Assembly (NCBI GenBank): GCA_964493985.1 | Contig: CAZBQL010000005.1 | Location: 1-54,534 of the forward strand | DNA length: 54,534 nucleotides | Source of the DNA: an uncultured Dehalococcoidales bacterium | GTDB lineage: Bacteria > Chloroflexota > Dehalococcoidia > Dehalococcoidales > UBA2162 | Reading direction: 5' to 3' | Part shown: piece by piece, positions 10,033-19,112 of the stretch | Numbering within the stretch: position 1 is the first letter of the stretch | Layout of the letters: each line of letters starts with the position of its first letter | Made by a program: the position numbers and the translations under genes | Notes under the pieces: model-generated | Database searches by the model: none | What the model saw: the letters and a program-made list of their open reading frames with translations, nothing else | Told to the model about the DNA's origin: nothing

Positions 10033-11012
10033 ATCGCGAACCCGTCATACATTCTGGCGACTATCTCCTCGATTGGGGGATTCTCGATAACGAAATCTTT
10101 TATCCGGTTATTCCGGGATATAGAACCGATTATTTCCGCTGCTGTTATTTTCTCCGGGTTGAAACGGAATTCCGCATAACTGTCATCAAGGAATGAAAGA
10201 CTTGCCATTGAGTAATCAAGCTTGCGGGGAACCTCCAGGAAATCGATCTTGACTATCCTCTCGGGCGTTACGGTATTTCTAAGCCTGGCGATATTGCCGT
10301 CAAAGAGGAGCGAGCCTTTGCCGATGACCATGATACGCGAACATAACGCTTCGATATCATCCATGTCATGCGTGGTAAGTATCACTGTAACATTTCTGTC
10401 CCGGTTGATCTTCCTGATAAAATCACGGACGGCTATCTTCGAGACGGCATCCAGGCCGATGGTCGGTTCATCGAGAAACAGGACAGGCGGCTGGTGAAGT
10501 AAAGACGCTGCCAGTTCGCACCTCATTCTCTGGCCGAGACTCAGTTGCCTGACAGGCATATTCAACAGGGAGTCCAGAGAAAGAACTTCTACCAGTTCGT
10601 CTTTCATTTTCAGATAATCAATCCGGGGCACGCGGTATATATCTTTCAGCAGGTCGAACGATTCGATAACTGCTACATCCCACCAGAGCTGGGTCCGCTG
10701 GCCGAAAACCACGCCGATATTCCGAACGTGCTCTTTTCGCTGTTTCCAGGGTGTTCTTCCCAGCACCTCGCATTTCCCGGAATCGGGGACAAGGATACCG
10801 CTCATAATTTTTACTGTGGTCGATTTACCGGCGCCGTTCGGGCCGATATACCCCACCAGTTCACCTTCTTTCAGTTCGAACGAAATATCCTGGAGGGCCT
10901 GTATTTCCCTGTGTTCACGTTTCACGAAACTCCTGACAGGACCGAACAACCCGCCTTTTCTCACAGGAACTTTAAAGGACTTGTACAGGTTTTCGACCAC
11001 GATCTGAGACAC
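10029..11012 (-). CDS. ABC exporter ATP-binding subunit
   Basis: GPNGAGKST, LSLGQRMR, FLDEPTIGLD; probable GTG start at 11012. Confidence 0.93.
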   Translation of the reverse strand: MSQIVVENLYKSFKVPVRKGGLFGPVRSFVKREHREIQALQDISFELKEGELVGYIGPNGAGKSTTVKIMSGILVPDSGKCEVLGRTPWKQRKEHVRNIGVVFGQRTQLWWDVAVIESFDLLKDIYRVPRIDYLKMKDELVEVLSLDSLLNMPVRQLSLGQRMRCELAASLLHQPPVLFLDEPTIGLDAVSKIAVRDFIRKINRDRNVTVILTTHDMDDIEALCSRIMVIGKGSLLFDGNIARLRNTVTPERIVKIDFLEVPRKLDYSMASLSFLDDSYAEFRFNPEKITAAEIIGSISRNNRIKDFVIENPPIEEIVARMYDGFAI

Positions 11013-11057
11013 GGGTATCCCCTTAAAACAGTACTGAAATATGCAGATAAGCATATC

Positions 11058-11086
11058 AGCGTACCATATATCGGGAAAAGTGTCAA
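11058..11086 (-). promoter_or_regulatory. sigma70-type promoter of the ABC exporter operon
   Basis: Minus strand TTGACA (11086-11081), 17 bp, TACGCT (11063-11058). Confidence 0.6.
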
Positions 11087-11241
11087 CTGAAGAGAGGATA
11101 TGTTTCTGATTATGAAGAGTGGAGCATTTATCAAATTATAATATCGTCATCATCACTCAATGTATGGTAGGATTATCGTTACCTTAACGCTACTTACGGT
11201 ATAATGAGTGTAAAATCAAGCTCAGTATTAGGATTATCCAT

Positions 11242-11733
11242 ATGGATGGCAACGCGATAGTCAAACTTATTATCTGTATAATCGCCTGTTTTGCTGCTGC
11301 CGGTTTCGGCAGTATTTTCACTTCGAAAGCTATACCTGACTGGTATAGAGGGTTGAAAAAACCACCTTATACTCCACCGAACTGGGTATTCGGTCCCGTA
11401 TGGACCGTTTTATATATCTTGATGGCGGTATCGGTTTTTCTCGTCTGGCAAAAAGGGCTGGCTGCACCGGGAGTAACTAATGCGTTTACTTTATTCTGGA
11501 TACAACTTGCCACTAATGCTATCTGGTCATATGTTTTCTTTGCCAGGAGATCGGTTATCGGAGGAATCATCAATATTATAATTCTCTGGTTGTTGATACT
11601 TGCTACAGTAATCACTTCATTTCCTGTCTCGACAATCGCAGGCATATTACTGCTGCCCTATATCCTTTGGGTCAGTATAGCAATGTATCTAAATATCGGA
11701 ATCTGGGTGCTGAATTTAGCAAGTAAAAAGTAG
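11242..11733 (+). CDS. tspO: TspO/MBR family membrane protein
   Basis: WY..LKKP..TPPNWVFGPVWT.LY, LLPYILWVSIA..LN. Confidence 0.93.
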   Translation: MDGNAIVKLIICIIACFAAAGFGSIFTSKAIPDWYRGLKKPPYTPPNWVFGPVWTVLYILMAVSVFLVWQKGLAAPGVTNAFTLFWIQLATNAIWSYVFFARRSVIGGIINIIILWLLILATVITSFPVSTIAGILLLPYILWVSIAMYLNIGIWVLNLASKK

Positions 11734-11800
11734 AATTAATTCAATCCCAAAGGTAAATCTGAACAAACTTCGGGATGTTCACTTGGACCTGATGGTATTA

Positions 11801-12607
11801 TTATCCTGTTCGACTATGTGATTTACTGAAAGGATATTCCGCATCATCAAATGCATGATCACTCTCGAAGCTAATTTCCTGAAGAAATCCCAATTTCTTG
11901 AGTCGTACTCGTGCGGCAGCCATAGAAACATCGAATGATTCAGCAATCAGATCGGCAAATTCTGCCGCTTCATCGGAATCAGTCGAAAGCCAGTACCGAT
12001 CGGAGAATCTTTTTAAAAAGTCTTCGGCCATTTTCTTTAATGGACTTAGCGGCATCAGGAAGGCACCGCAGGCATAACTTGCCTGCCACTCCATCCAGTC
12101 TTCGAGCGGCGCGTCGATGATACAACTGCTTTTGCACCTGGGATTTATCTCGAGTATGGTACGATTGAACTTCCTGTACAGCCGGCTGTATTTTCCGGTG
12201 CATATGACGGCATTCTCTGGATTCTCCCATCGGTTTAATTCCCAGAGGAAGGTATGGAATTTGACGTGGCCGTATTCATGGGCGAGTGTCGTCCGAAGCC
12301 GGTGTTCTTTCCAGTCATCGAGTGTCAGGTCCGCTGAGATTTTTACCGCCGGTTTCCTGTCAGGAAAGAAGTCCGTCAACCCTTCAACGTCTTCACCGAA
12401 ACCGGACAGGTCAGCAAACAGATCCAGGTCCGAGGTATCTTCCTCAATCATCACCGTCAGGTCATCGGTGGATATTGGGAAACAGCATACTCCATATTTT
12501 CTTTCCAGGAACCGGGATACTATCCTCTCGCACTCGAGATCGAGTTCTCCCCGGTCATAGTACGGTCGCAGTCTGAACCGGCCGGTCTGGTCGGCTACCC
12601 ATTTCAT
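11801..12607 (-). CDS. ImmA/IrrE family Zn metallo-endopeptidase
   Basis: RLRTTLAHEYGHVKFH (HExxH), EWQASY..GAFLMP, FDVS..AARVRL; ATGA overlap with the upstream XRE gene. Confidence 0.88.
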   Translation of the reverse strand: MKWVADQTGRFRLRPYYDRGELDLECERIVSRFLERKYGVCCFPISTDDLTVMIEEDTSDLDLFADLSGFGEDVEGLTDFFPDRKPAVKISADLTLDDWKEHRLRTTLAHEYGHVKFHTFLWELNRWENPENAVICTGKYSRLYRKFNRTILEINPRCKSSCIIDAPLEDWMEWQASYACGAFLMPLSPLKKMAEDFLKRFSDRYWLSTDSDEAAEFADLIAESFDVSMAAARVRLKKLGFLQEISFESDHAFDDAEYPFSKSHSRTG

Positions 12608-12936
12608 CGTTCCTGACCACCTTCGCCTCTGCGATAACTACGGGCAAATGCCTTGAAGGCTTCCCGTACCTGGGCGGGATTGTTAGGGGAATCACTGCGG
12701 TATTTCGGTGGTATCTCGTTTGCCAGGAAATAGAAGTATTCTTCCGGTACTTCGAGTACCTTCGCGAACTGGTTGATAAGGTATTCACCCGGTGGATTAC
12801 GGCGATCCCTCTCGATATCGTTCAGGTACTGTGGTGATATAGGAGTACTGTCTTCTTTCAATATCATCGAAGCCAGTTGTTTCTGACTCAGTTTCTTTTC
12901 TTTTCTCGCCTCAGCAACAGCCTGTCCAAAAGTCAT
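12604..12936 (-). CDS. XRE-family HTH transcriptional regulator
   Basis: MTFGQAVAEARKEKKLSQKQLA...ISPQYLNDIERDRRNPP; AGGAG RBS before ATG 12936. Confidence 0.9.
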   Translation of the reverse strand: MTFGQAVAEARKEKKLSQKQLASMILKEDSTPISPQYLNDIERDRRNPPGEYLINQFAKVLEVPEEYFYFLANEIPPKYRSDSPNNPAQVREAFKAFARSYRRGEGGQER

Positions 12937-12961
12937 TATAGCGCTCCTGAAAAAAGGATAT

Positions 12962-13002
12962 GATACGCTAATCAGCATATCTGCTGGAGAGGCTTTTGTC
13001 AA
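12962..13002 (-). promoter_or_regulatory. Promoter of the XRE-ImmA operon with an overlapping imperfect palindrome (candidate operator)
   Basis: TTGACA (13002-12997), 17 bp, TATGCT; palindrome GATATGCT-N4-AGCGTATC at 12962-12981. Confidence 0.6.
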
Positions 13003-13023
13003 TATCCTCTATGTGATCCTGGA

Positions 13024-13075
13024 GTCATTCGTATGCGAGACTCGGCGTCAACAGGCGAACCGTGGCAATCTCAAT
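13024..13075 (+). repeat. REP-like intergenic repeat, copy 1 (GTCATT..CGAG...CGTNG(C/T)AATCTCAAT family)
   Basis: Shares both ends and the internal GCGTCAACAG with 30988-31034; shares ends with 41976-42032 (minus). Confidence 0.6.
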
Positions 13076-13118
13076 AAATCTAAATCTTTCTTTTTATCCT
13101 CTCCTTCTTTTACGAGAT

Positions 13119-13146
13119 GTCTCCCTCTCCAGATGGAAAGGGAGAC
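13119..13146. terminator. Intergenic hairpin
   Basis: GTCTCCCT-CTCCA-GA-TGGAA-AGGGAGAC; no clear U-tract. Confidence 0.35.
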
Positions 13147-13340
13147 GCTCGAAAATACCATGTTCTATTAGCTTGAATATTTTCTAAAGTAAAGGTTAGT
13201 TTCACCAAGGATTTATGAACCGTAAATGCTTACTTTACTTTCGCATGTTATGGGTTATCGAATTATTAAAGTACTTTAGGTCGAATGCATAGACACGAGT
13301 TGATTTATAAATAAAATCCAATTTATCCATCCTTTAAATA

Positions 13341-13892
13341 CTACCCCTGGTTTCCAAAAGTATTGAAATGCAGCCAGCTGAAGTCGGGTCGGTCTTCTCC
13401 GACTGCTCTGACGGTCGGCCATTCGCCTTCCGGAGTCCCCAGGCACATTACAGTGGTGAGTTCGTGAGTATCCGGTATCTTCAGTAGTTTTTCCACCGCG
13501 TCCTTATACTCACCGCCGAATATCGACATCACGCAGCCGATACCTTCGCCGGTCGCCGCCAGCGCCATGTTCTCTGCTGCCATCCACGTCCCGGCAGAAC
13601 CAAAAATCCCTTTTTTATTGCATATAGCCACGATACTTGAGTTTTGATAAAGCCCTTTCTCTATCGCAATTCTTCTCTTACCGCCGCGCTGGCCTTCCAT
13701 CGTGCCTTTCTGCTCCGCGATCTCGTCGATAATGTCCCTGTCCTCGATAATTATGAACTCCCACGGCTGGGAATTACTGGCGGACGGAGCACGTGAACCC
13801 AACCATATCAATTTACGAAGCATCTCCATCGGTACCGGGTCATTAAACGCCCTGATAGTCCTTCTCTTTTCTATTGCTTCCCACACGTCCAT
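13341..13892 (-). CDS. Nitroreductase family protein
   Basis: AIEKRRTIRAF, RAPSASNSQPWEFIII, AAENMALAATGEGIGC; GGAGG RBS. Confidence 0.9.
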   Translation of the reverse strand: MDVWEAIEKRRTIRAFNDPVPMEMLRKLIWLGSRAPSASNSQPWEFIIIEDRDIIDEIAEQKGTMEGQRGGKRRIAIEKGLYQNSSIVAICNKKGIFGSAGTWMAAENMALAATGEGIGCVMSIFGGEYKDAVEKLLKIPDTHELTTVMCLGTPEGEWPTVRAVGEDRPDFSWLHFNTFGNQG

Positions 13893-13925
13893 ACACAACC
13901 TCCAATATTCCTGTTTTACCCCATT

Positions 13926-14891
13926 CTAGAATTTCAGCGGTTCAAGACCGGCATCGAGTCGCGCGTCATTTATATGTATTTTGATACCTTCATCAAGCGA
14001 CATACATTCGAATCCGAAGTCTTCTTTGGCAGCCTTCGAAGTCACATTAAGCGGCTTGCCTCTGCCGAACGGTGCTTCTTTGTTACCGAATTCTATCACC
14101 GCATCGGGAATATATTTCTTCACCACTTCAGCCAGGTCACGGAAGTTAACCAGGGGAGTGCCGACGTTATACGCCGGACGCGGCGATGACTTCGCTTTCA
14201 TCAAAATAGTGGTAAAGATAGCCAGGTCGTCAGCGGTCACCAGCGACATAGACATATTCCCATCAGTTTCCATCCTGTAGGGTTGCCCGATCGCAACCGC
14301 CGAGGGCATATCCGACCACATACTTGCCGGCGATCTGCCGCCATGTCCGTAACCAATAGTAGGGCGGACGCCGGTGAATTCGATCCCGTACTGCTGGTGA
14401 TACTGGGCTGCTATTATCTCGGCATAAAGCTTGGCTACCGCATAGGAGCTGCTGGGAGCAAGGATAACATCCTCGGGGACCTCGTCATCATAGAGGTCTG
14501 CCGGTCCATATACCGTCATTGAACTGGCGTAAACAACACGGTTGGCATCGATAAGTCGGGCTGCTTCGAACGCATTACACATGCCAAGCATGTTGACCTT
14601 TGTACTGAGCCTCGGATTGCTGTTCAGTTCCTGGAGGTTCATCACGAACGCCCAGTTCACAATTCCGTCGATCTTCATCAGCTTGGACGCGTTGAGAATA
14701 TCTTCAAGTTCGGCTACCGTGCCGCGGACATAGTGAAATTTGTCTTTCCAGGGCTCGTACTGCTTCAGCGCCCAGTCCGGTGGCGGGGCGATATCCATCG
14801 ATACGACATTATCGATCTCTTTATCCTGGATCATATGCAGGACGGTCTTCCTCCCGAACATCCCGCTTCCGCCTAAAACCATAAAATTCAT
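13926..14891 (-). CDS. NAD-dependent epimerase/dehydratase (extended SDR)
   Basis: GGSGMFG Rossmann motif, VYASS, YAVAK (YxxxK); likely start MNFMVL. Confidence 0.88.
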   Translation of the reverse strand: MNFMVLGGSGMFGRKTVLHMIQDKEIDNVVSMDIAPPPDWALKQYEPWKDKFHYVRGTVAELEDILNASKLMKIDGIVNWAFVMNLQELNSNPRLSTKVNMLGMCNAFEAARLIDANRVVYASSMTVYGPADLYDDEVPEDVILAPSSSYAVAKLYAEIIAAQYHQQYGIEFTGVRPTIGYGHGGRSPASMWSDMPSAVAIGQPYRMETDGNMSMSLVTADDLAIFTTILMKAKSSPRPAYNVGTPLVNFRDLAEVVKKYIPDAVIEFGNKEAPFGRGKPLNVTSKAAKEDFGFECMSLDEGIKIHINDARLDAGLEPLKF

Positions 14892-15108
14892 AATAAATCC
14901 TCCTCTGTTTAATACGAAAAAAGAATACTGCCAGAAGGTCGGATATGTCAATCTGAGATCTGAATTAATCTTAGAGATTATTTACATCGTTCCGGTTATT
15001 CTATAACTCCTCATAATGACATAATAATGCATTATTGACATCGACCACCTGCAGCACTTACTCTGTTTTTACACATTAACTTTAAAAACCATTGAACAGG
15101 AGATAGGT

Positions 15109-16434
15109 ATGACAAAGATAACTTTTATCGGCGCGGGGAGTCTGACTTTCACAAACAACCTGGTAAGAGATATCCTAACCTTTCCGTTACTTAAAGATGC
15201 CACATTTACCCTGATGGATATCGATGAAGAAAGACTGGAATTCGCCACAAGAGCCGTGAACCGAATTGTAGAGCTTGGAAATTACCCGGCAAGAATAGAA
15301 GCCACTCTTGATCGCAAGGAAGCCCTTAAAAACGCTGATGCCGTTCTCACCACGATTCTGGTGGGCGGAACGGATGTCTGGAAGCACGATATTCATATTC
15401 CGATGAAGTACGGAGTGGACATCAATATTGGAGATACCCGGGGACCTTCGGGAGTATTTCGCGCTCTTCGCACTATACCCGTAATGCTGGAAATAGTCGC
15501 TGACATGGAAAAGTATTGTCCAGGTGCTATTCTCCTGAATTATTCAAATCCGATGGCTATGATATGTCGGGCTATCCAACGAAGCTCTTTCATTAAAATA
15601 ACCGGGCTCTGTCACAGCGTACAGGGGACAGCCGCAATGCTGGCTGAATGGATAGATGCCCCTTTCAACGAAATAACGTATACCTGCGCAGGTATCAACC
15701 ACCTTGCCTGGTATTTAAAATACGAGTGGAATGGCAAGGATGCATATCCTCTTATCCGCGAAGCAGTAGAAAAGTCTGATATCTACAACAAGGAAATCGT
15801 ACGAAACGAAATGTTCAAGCACCTGGGATATTACGTAACGGAGTCCAGCGGTCATAACTCGGAGTACAACTGGTGGTTCCGCAAACGACCCGACCTGATA
15901 GAGAAATACTGCACTCATGGTACCAACTGGAACCCGGGTGAACACGCCTTCACACTAAAAAGGTACCAGAACGCAGAAAGAACCTGGAAAACTGAGATAC
16001 AGGAATTCCTCTCTAAAGATACTCCAATCAGCCTTGAACGCGGTAGTGAGTACGCCGCCTACATCATCAATGCCTGGATGGGAGGTGATGTGTTCAGGTT
16101 CAACGGCAACGTGCCCAATACGGGACTGATAACCAATTTACCGCAAGATGCCTGCGTGGAGGTTCCCGTTTTCGTGGATAAAGAAGGATTCCATCCTGTA
16201 TATATAGGCGATCTTCCACCTCAGTGCGCAGTACTCGATCAGGTTAATGTGATGGCGGAGGAAATGGCGGTGGAAGCAGCACTGACCGGAGATCCGACGA
16301 TGGTTTATCACTCTATAGTCTACGATCCGCTGACAGCGGCGGTACTATCACTCGCTGAGATAAAGGATATGGTCAACGAAATGCTGCAACAGAACCGCGA
16401 CTACATGCCGACGTTCATGCATTTTAAGGTATAG
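15109..16434 (+). CDS. melA: GH4 NAD-dependent alpha-galactosidase / alpha-glucosidase
   Basis: [57 protein letters not shown]. Confidence 0.88.
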   Translation: MTKITFIGAGSLTFTNNLVRDILTFPLLKDATFTLMDIDEERLEFATRAVNRIVELGNYPARIEATLDRKEALKNADAVLTTILVGGTDVWKHDIHIPMKYGVDINIGDTRGPSGVFRALRTIPVMLEIVADMEKYCPGAILLNYSNPMAMICRAIQRSSFIKITGLCHSVQGTAAMLAEWIDAPFNEITYTCAGINHLAWYLKYEWNGKDAYPLIREAVEKSDIYNKEIVRNEMFKHLGYYVTESSGHNSEYNWWFRKRPDLIEKYCTHGTNWNPGEHAFTLKRYQNAERTWKTEIQEFLSKDTPISLERGSEYAAYIINAWMGGDVFRFNGNVPNTGLITNLPQDACVEVPVFVDKEGFHPVYIGDLPPQCAVLDQVNVMAEEMAVEAALTGDPTMVYHSIVYDPLTAAVLSLAEIKDMVNEMLQQNRDYMPTFMHFKV

Positions 16435-16527
16435 CAAAAAACTCTTTATATAAAAGACACGTTTGCTGATATTATTTAATACCGTATATAATATTATCGC
16501 AAGTGATAGTAAGGCAGGTACGGGAAA

Positions 16528-17643
16528 ATGGCGAAATTTAGAATCGGAGTGCTCACCGGTGGCGGTGATTGTGCCGGTTTGAACTCCGCAGTAAAGTGGA
16601 TAGTAAAGACCGCACTGGATACCAGGCTGGAGAAAGAAAGAGGTATTCAGTACGAAGTACTTGGCATACGCGAAGGATGGAAAGGTCTCGTTCTTCCACC
16701 TCCGGACACCTTCGACGAATCACAGAATATCTGTTACCTGACCGAAGATATAGTCAGAACATGGGACAGGCACGGGGGAACTAACCTGGGTTCTTCAAGG
16801 ACCAATCCCTATAATCCCAAAGACTACCGGGTTGAAGAAGTCAAAAAACATGTGGACAAACTCGAACTTAATGCTCTGATTGCAATAGGCGGAGATGACA
16901 CTCTCGGAGTAGCCGGTCAACTGGCAACAGAAGGAATCAAGGTAGTTGGTATTCCAAAAACTATTGATAGAGATATAGTGCTGACTGATTATACGCTTGG
17001 ATACGAAACTGCTTTGAATGTGATTACTGAGGAAGTGGACAGGTTAAGGACTTACGCCGGTTCTCACAAGGTAGTATTCGTTATTGAGACGATGGGAAGA
17101 AATGCAGGCTGGCTTGCCCTGGAAGGCGGTGAATCTGCAGGCGCATTTATTATACTGATTCCCGAATATGATTTCTCAATGGAAAAGGTGAATGAACTGG
17201 TACTTCAAGGGGTAAAAGCAGGTAACAGGTATAATATCATCGTAGTTGCAGAAGGTGCCAGTCCGGCGGGGCAATCTACGTTTACCAGAAAAGAGGAGAC
17301 CGATGAATTCGGGCATGTTTTTCTCGGCGGCATCGGAAATTATGTCGCCCAGGAGATAGAAAAAGGCACCGGGCTGATGACCAGGAGTATGGCTCTCGGG
17401 TATCTCCAGCGCGGCGGTGCTCCCTGTGCCTATGACAGGAGAATGGGAAGATATTTCGGGATAGCAGCCGTAGACCTGATTATCCAGGAGAACTACGGAA
17501 GAATGGTAAGTTTCCGAAACGGGCAGATTACTTCTGTGCCCATAGTTGATATCGTCGGCAAGACACAGACAGTCGATGTGAACACCCTTTACGATACGGA
17601 AAGATTGAACGGCCGCCGAACGATCCTGAATCTTCCCCAGTAA
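16528..17643 (+). CDS. pfp: 6-phosphofructokinase (PfkA family) with PPi-dependent signature
   Basis: GGDCAGLN, GGDDT (Asp at E. coli position 104), PKTID (Lys at position 124), ETMGRNAGW, LQRGG. Confidence 0.8.
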   Translation: MAKFRIGVLTGGGDCAGLNSAVKWIVKTALDTRLEKERGIQYEVLGIREGWKGLVLPPPDTFDESQNICYLTEDIVRTWDRHGGTNLGSSRTNPYNPKDYRVEEVKKHVDKLELNALIAIGGDDTLGVAGQLATEGIKVVGIPKTIDRDIVLTDYTLGYETALNVITEEVDRLRTYAGSHKVVFVIETMGRNAGWLALEGGESAGAFIILIPEYDFSMEKVNELVLQGVKAGNRYNIIVVAEGASPAGQSTFTRKEETDEFGHVFLGGIGNYVAQEIEKGTGLMTRSMALGYLQRGGAPCAYDRRMGRYFGIAAVDLIIQENYGRMVSFRNGQITSVPIVDIVGKTQTVDVNTLYDTERLNGRRTILNLPQ

Positions 17644-17684
17644 TCCCATAATTCGCTATATCTATAAAGATTCTACACAGGAGA

Positions 17685-18947
17685 TTGACCATGACCATAA
17701 ACAGAATTGACGAAATGATAGAAAAAGCAGTATTCAGCCCAATCGCTGAAGAGAAAGAATCCGCCCGAAAAGAGATTCGGGATATGGCCGCATCTCAAGG
17801 AATATATCTCGCCAGTATACAGGGACTTTACGAAGCCTCAGCCAGGGGGGAATACAGTAATATAACAGTTCCGGCAATCAATATCCGTGGTATTACTTAC
17901 CGGGTTGCCCGAACGATTTTTAAAACCGCTCAAAAGCTCAAAGCCGGGGCTTTCATATTCGAGATAGCCCGTACAGAGATGGTTTACACCGACCAACCGC
18001 CCCAAGAGTATGTGGTCAGTATCCTGGCAGCAGCAATCAAGGAGGGACATACCGGTCCGGTTTTCGTTCAAGGAGACCACTTCCAGTTCAATAAAAAGAA
18101 ATACGATGCCGATTCCGATGCTGAATTGAATACCCTGAAGGACGCGACCAGTGATGCTATCGGCGCCGGTTTCCTGAACATAGATATTGATTCATCGACT
18201 CTCGTCGTTCTTGAACGACCTGATCTCGACGATCAGCAGAAGGACAACTATTCCGTCGCTGCTGATATGACGAAATACATCCGTAGAATACAACCTCATG
18301 GAGTCACGATTTCCGTAGGTGGTGAAATCGGTGAGGTTGGAAAAACAAACACCACGGTCGAAGAACTCCGGGCATATATGGACGGATATAATAAACTCAT
18401 CGGAAAAGACACCAAAGGAATTTCCAAGATTAGCGTCCAGACAGGAACGACACACGGTGGACTTGTCCTGCCCGATGGTTCGATTGCCGACGTGAAACTT
18501 GATTTCAACACAATCAAGGAGCTCGGAAAAGTAGCCCGTGAAGAATATGGAGTCGGTGGTATCGTCCAGCATGGGGCTTCTACTCTCCCGGATGAGATGT
18601 TCGACCTGTTCCCGGAAGCTAACACTCTGGAGGTCCACCTGGCTACCGGCTACCAGAACACGATGTATGACAGTATCCATTTTCCCAAGGACCTTTTGAA
18701 CAAGATGCATACCTATATTGCCGACCGATACGGTGATGAAAAGAAAGACAATGACACCCGGGAACAATTCATTTACAAGACCAGGAAGAAGGGATGGGGC
18801 GGAATCAAGGAAGAAACCTGGCACCTCCCGGAAGAAAATATGGCAGGAATAATGCATGAACTTGAAGACCAGTTCACTATGGTATTTAAGCGTCTGAACG
18901 CCATCGATACGGTTGACCTGGTAAACAAGTACATTTCCAGACCCTAG
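17685..18947 (+). CDS. fba: Class II fructose-bisphosphate aldolase, long form
   Basis: GDH, DID.S, GGEIGEVG, QTGTTHGG, VQHGASTLP metal and substrate motifs; follows pfk. Confidence 0.85.
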   Translation: MTMTINRIDEMIEKAVFSPIAEEKESARKEIRDMAASQGIYLASIQGLYEASARGEYSNITVPAINIRGITYRVARTIFKTAQKLKAGAFIFEIARTEMVYTDQPPQEYVVSILAAAIKEGHTGPVFVQGDHFQFNKKKYDADSDAELNTLKDATSDAIGAGFLNIDIDSSTLVVLERPDLDDQQKDNYSVAADMTKYIRRIQPHGVTISVGGEIGEVGKTNTTVEELRAYMDGYNKLIGKDTKGISKISVQTGTTHGGLVLPDGSIADVKLDFNTIKELGKVAREEYGVGGIVQHGASTLPDEMFDLFPEANTLEVHLATGYQNTMYDSIHFPKDLLNKMHTYIADRYGDEKKDNDTREQFIYKTRKKGWGGIKEETWHLPEENMAGIMHELEDQFTMVFKRLNAIDTVDLVNKYISRP

Positions 18948-18973
18948 ATAGCATCGCGAATGTTAATTCTTTC

Positions 18974-19005
18974 GAAGAGGCCCCTTAAGGTTAAGGAGCC
19001 TCTTC
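18974..19005 (+). terminator. Hairpin after pfk-fba
   Basis: GAAGAGGC-C-CCTTAA-GG-TTAAGG-A-GCCTCTTC. Confidence 0.5.
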
Positions 19006-19112
19006 ATATTCCAGACAAAAAACACCAGTGGTAAATTTTGTTATTCACTATATATTTTTAGATATTCTTTAGATATATAATAGAAAAACAAGGATATCTA
19101 TCATAACAACGG

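Noticed and set aside
19057-19076. TTTAGATAT direct repeat with 11-bp period upstream of the MFS gene
   Set aside because: Very AT-rich context, only two copies and no cognate regulator nearby; it may be chance
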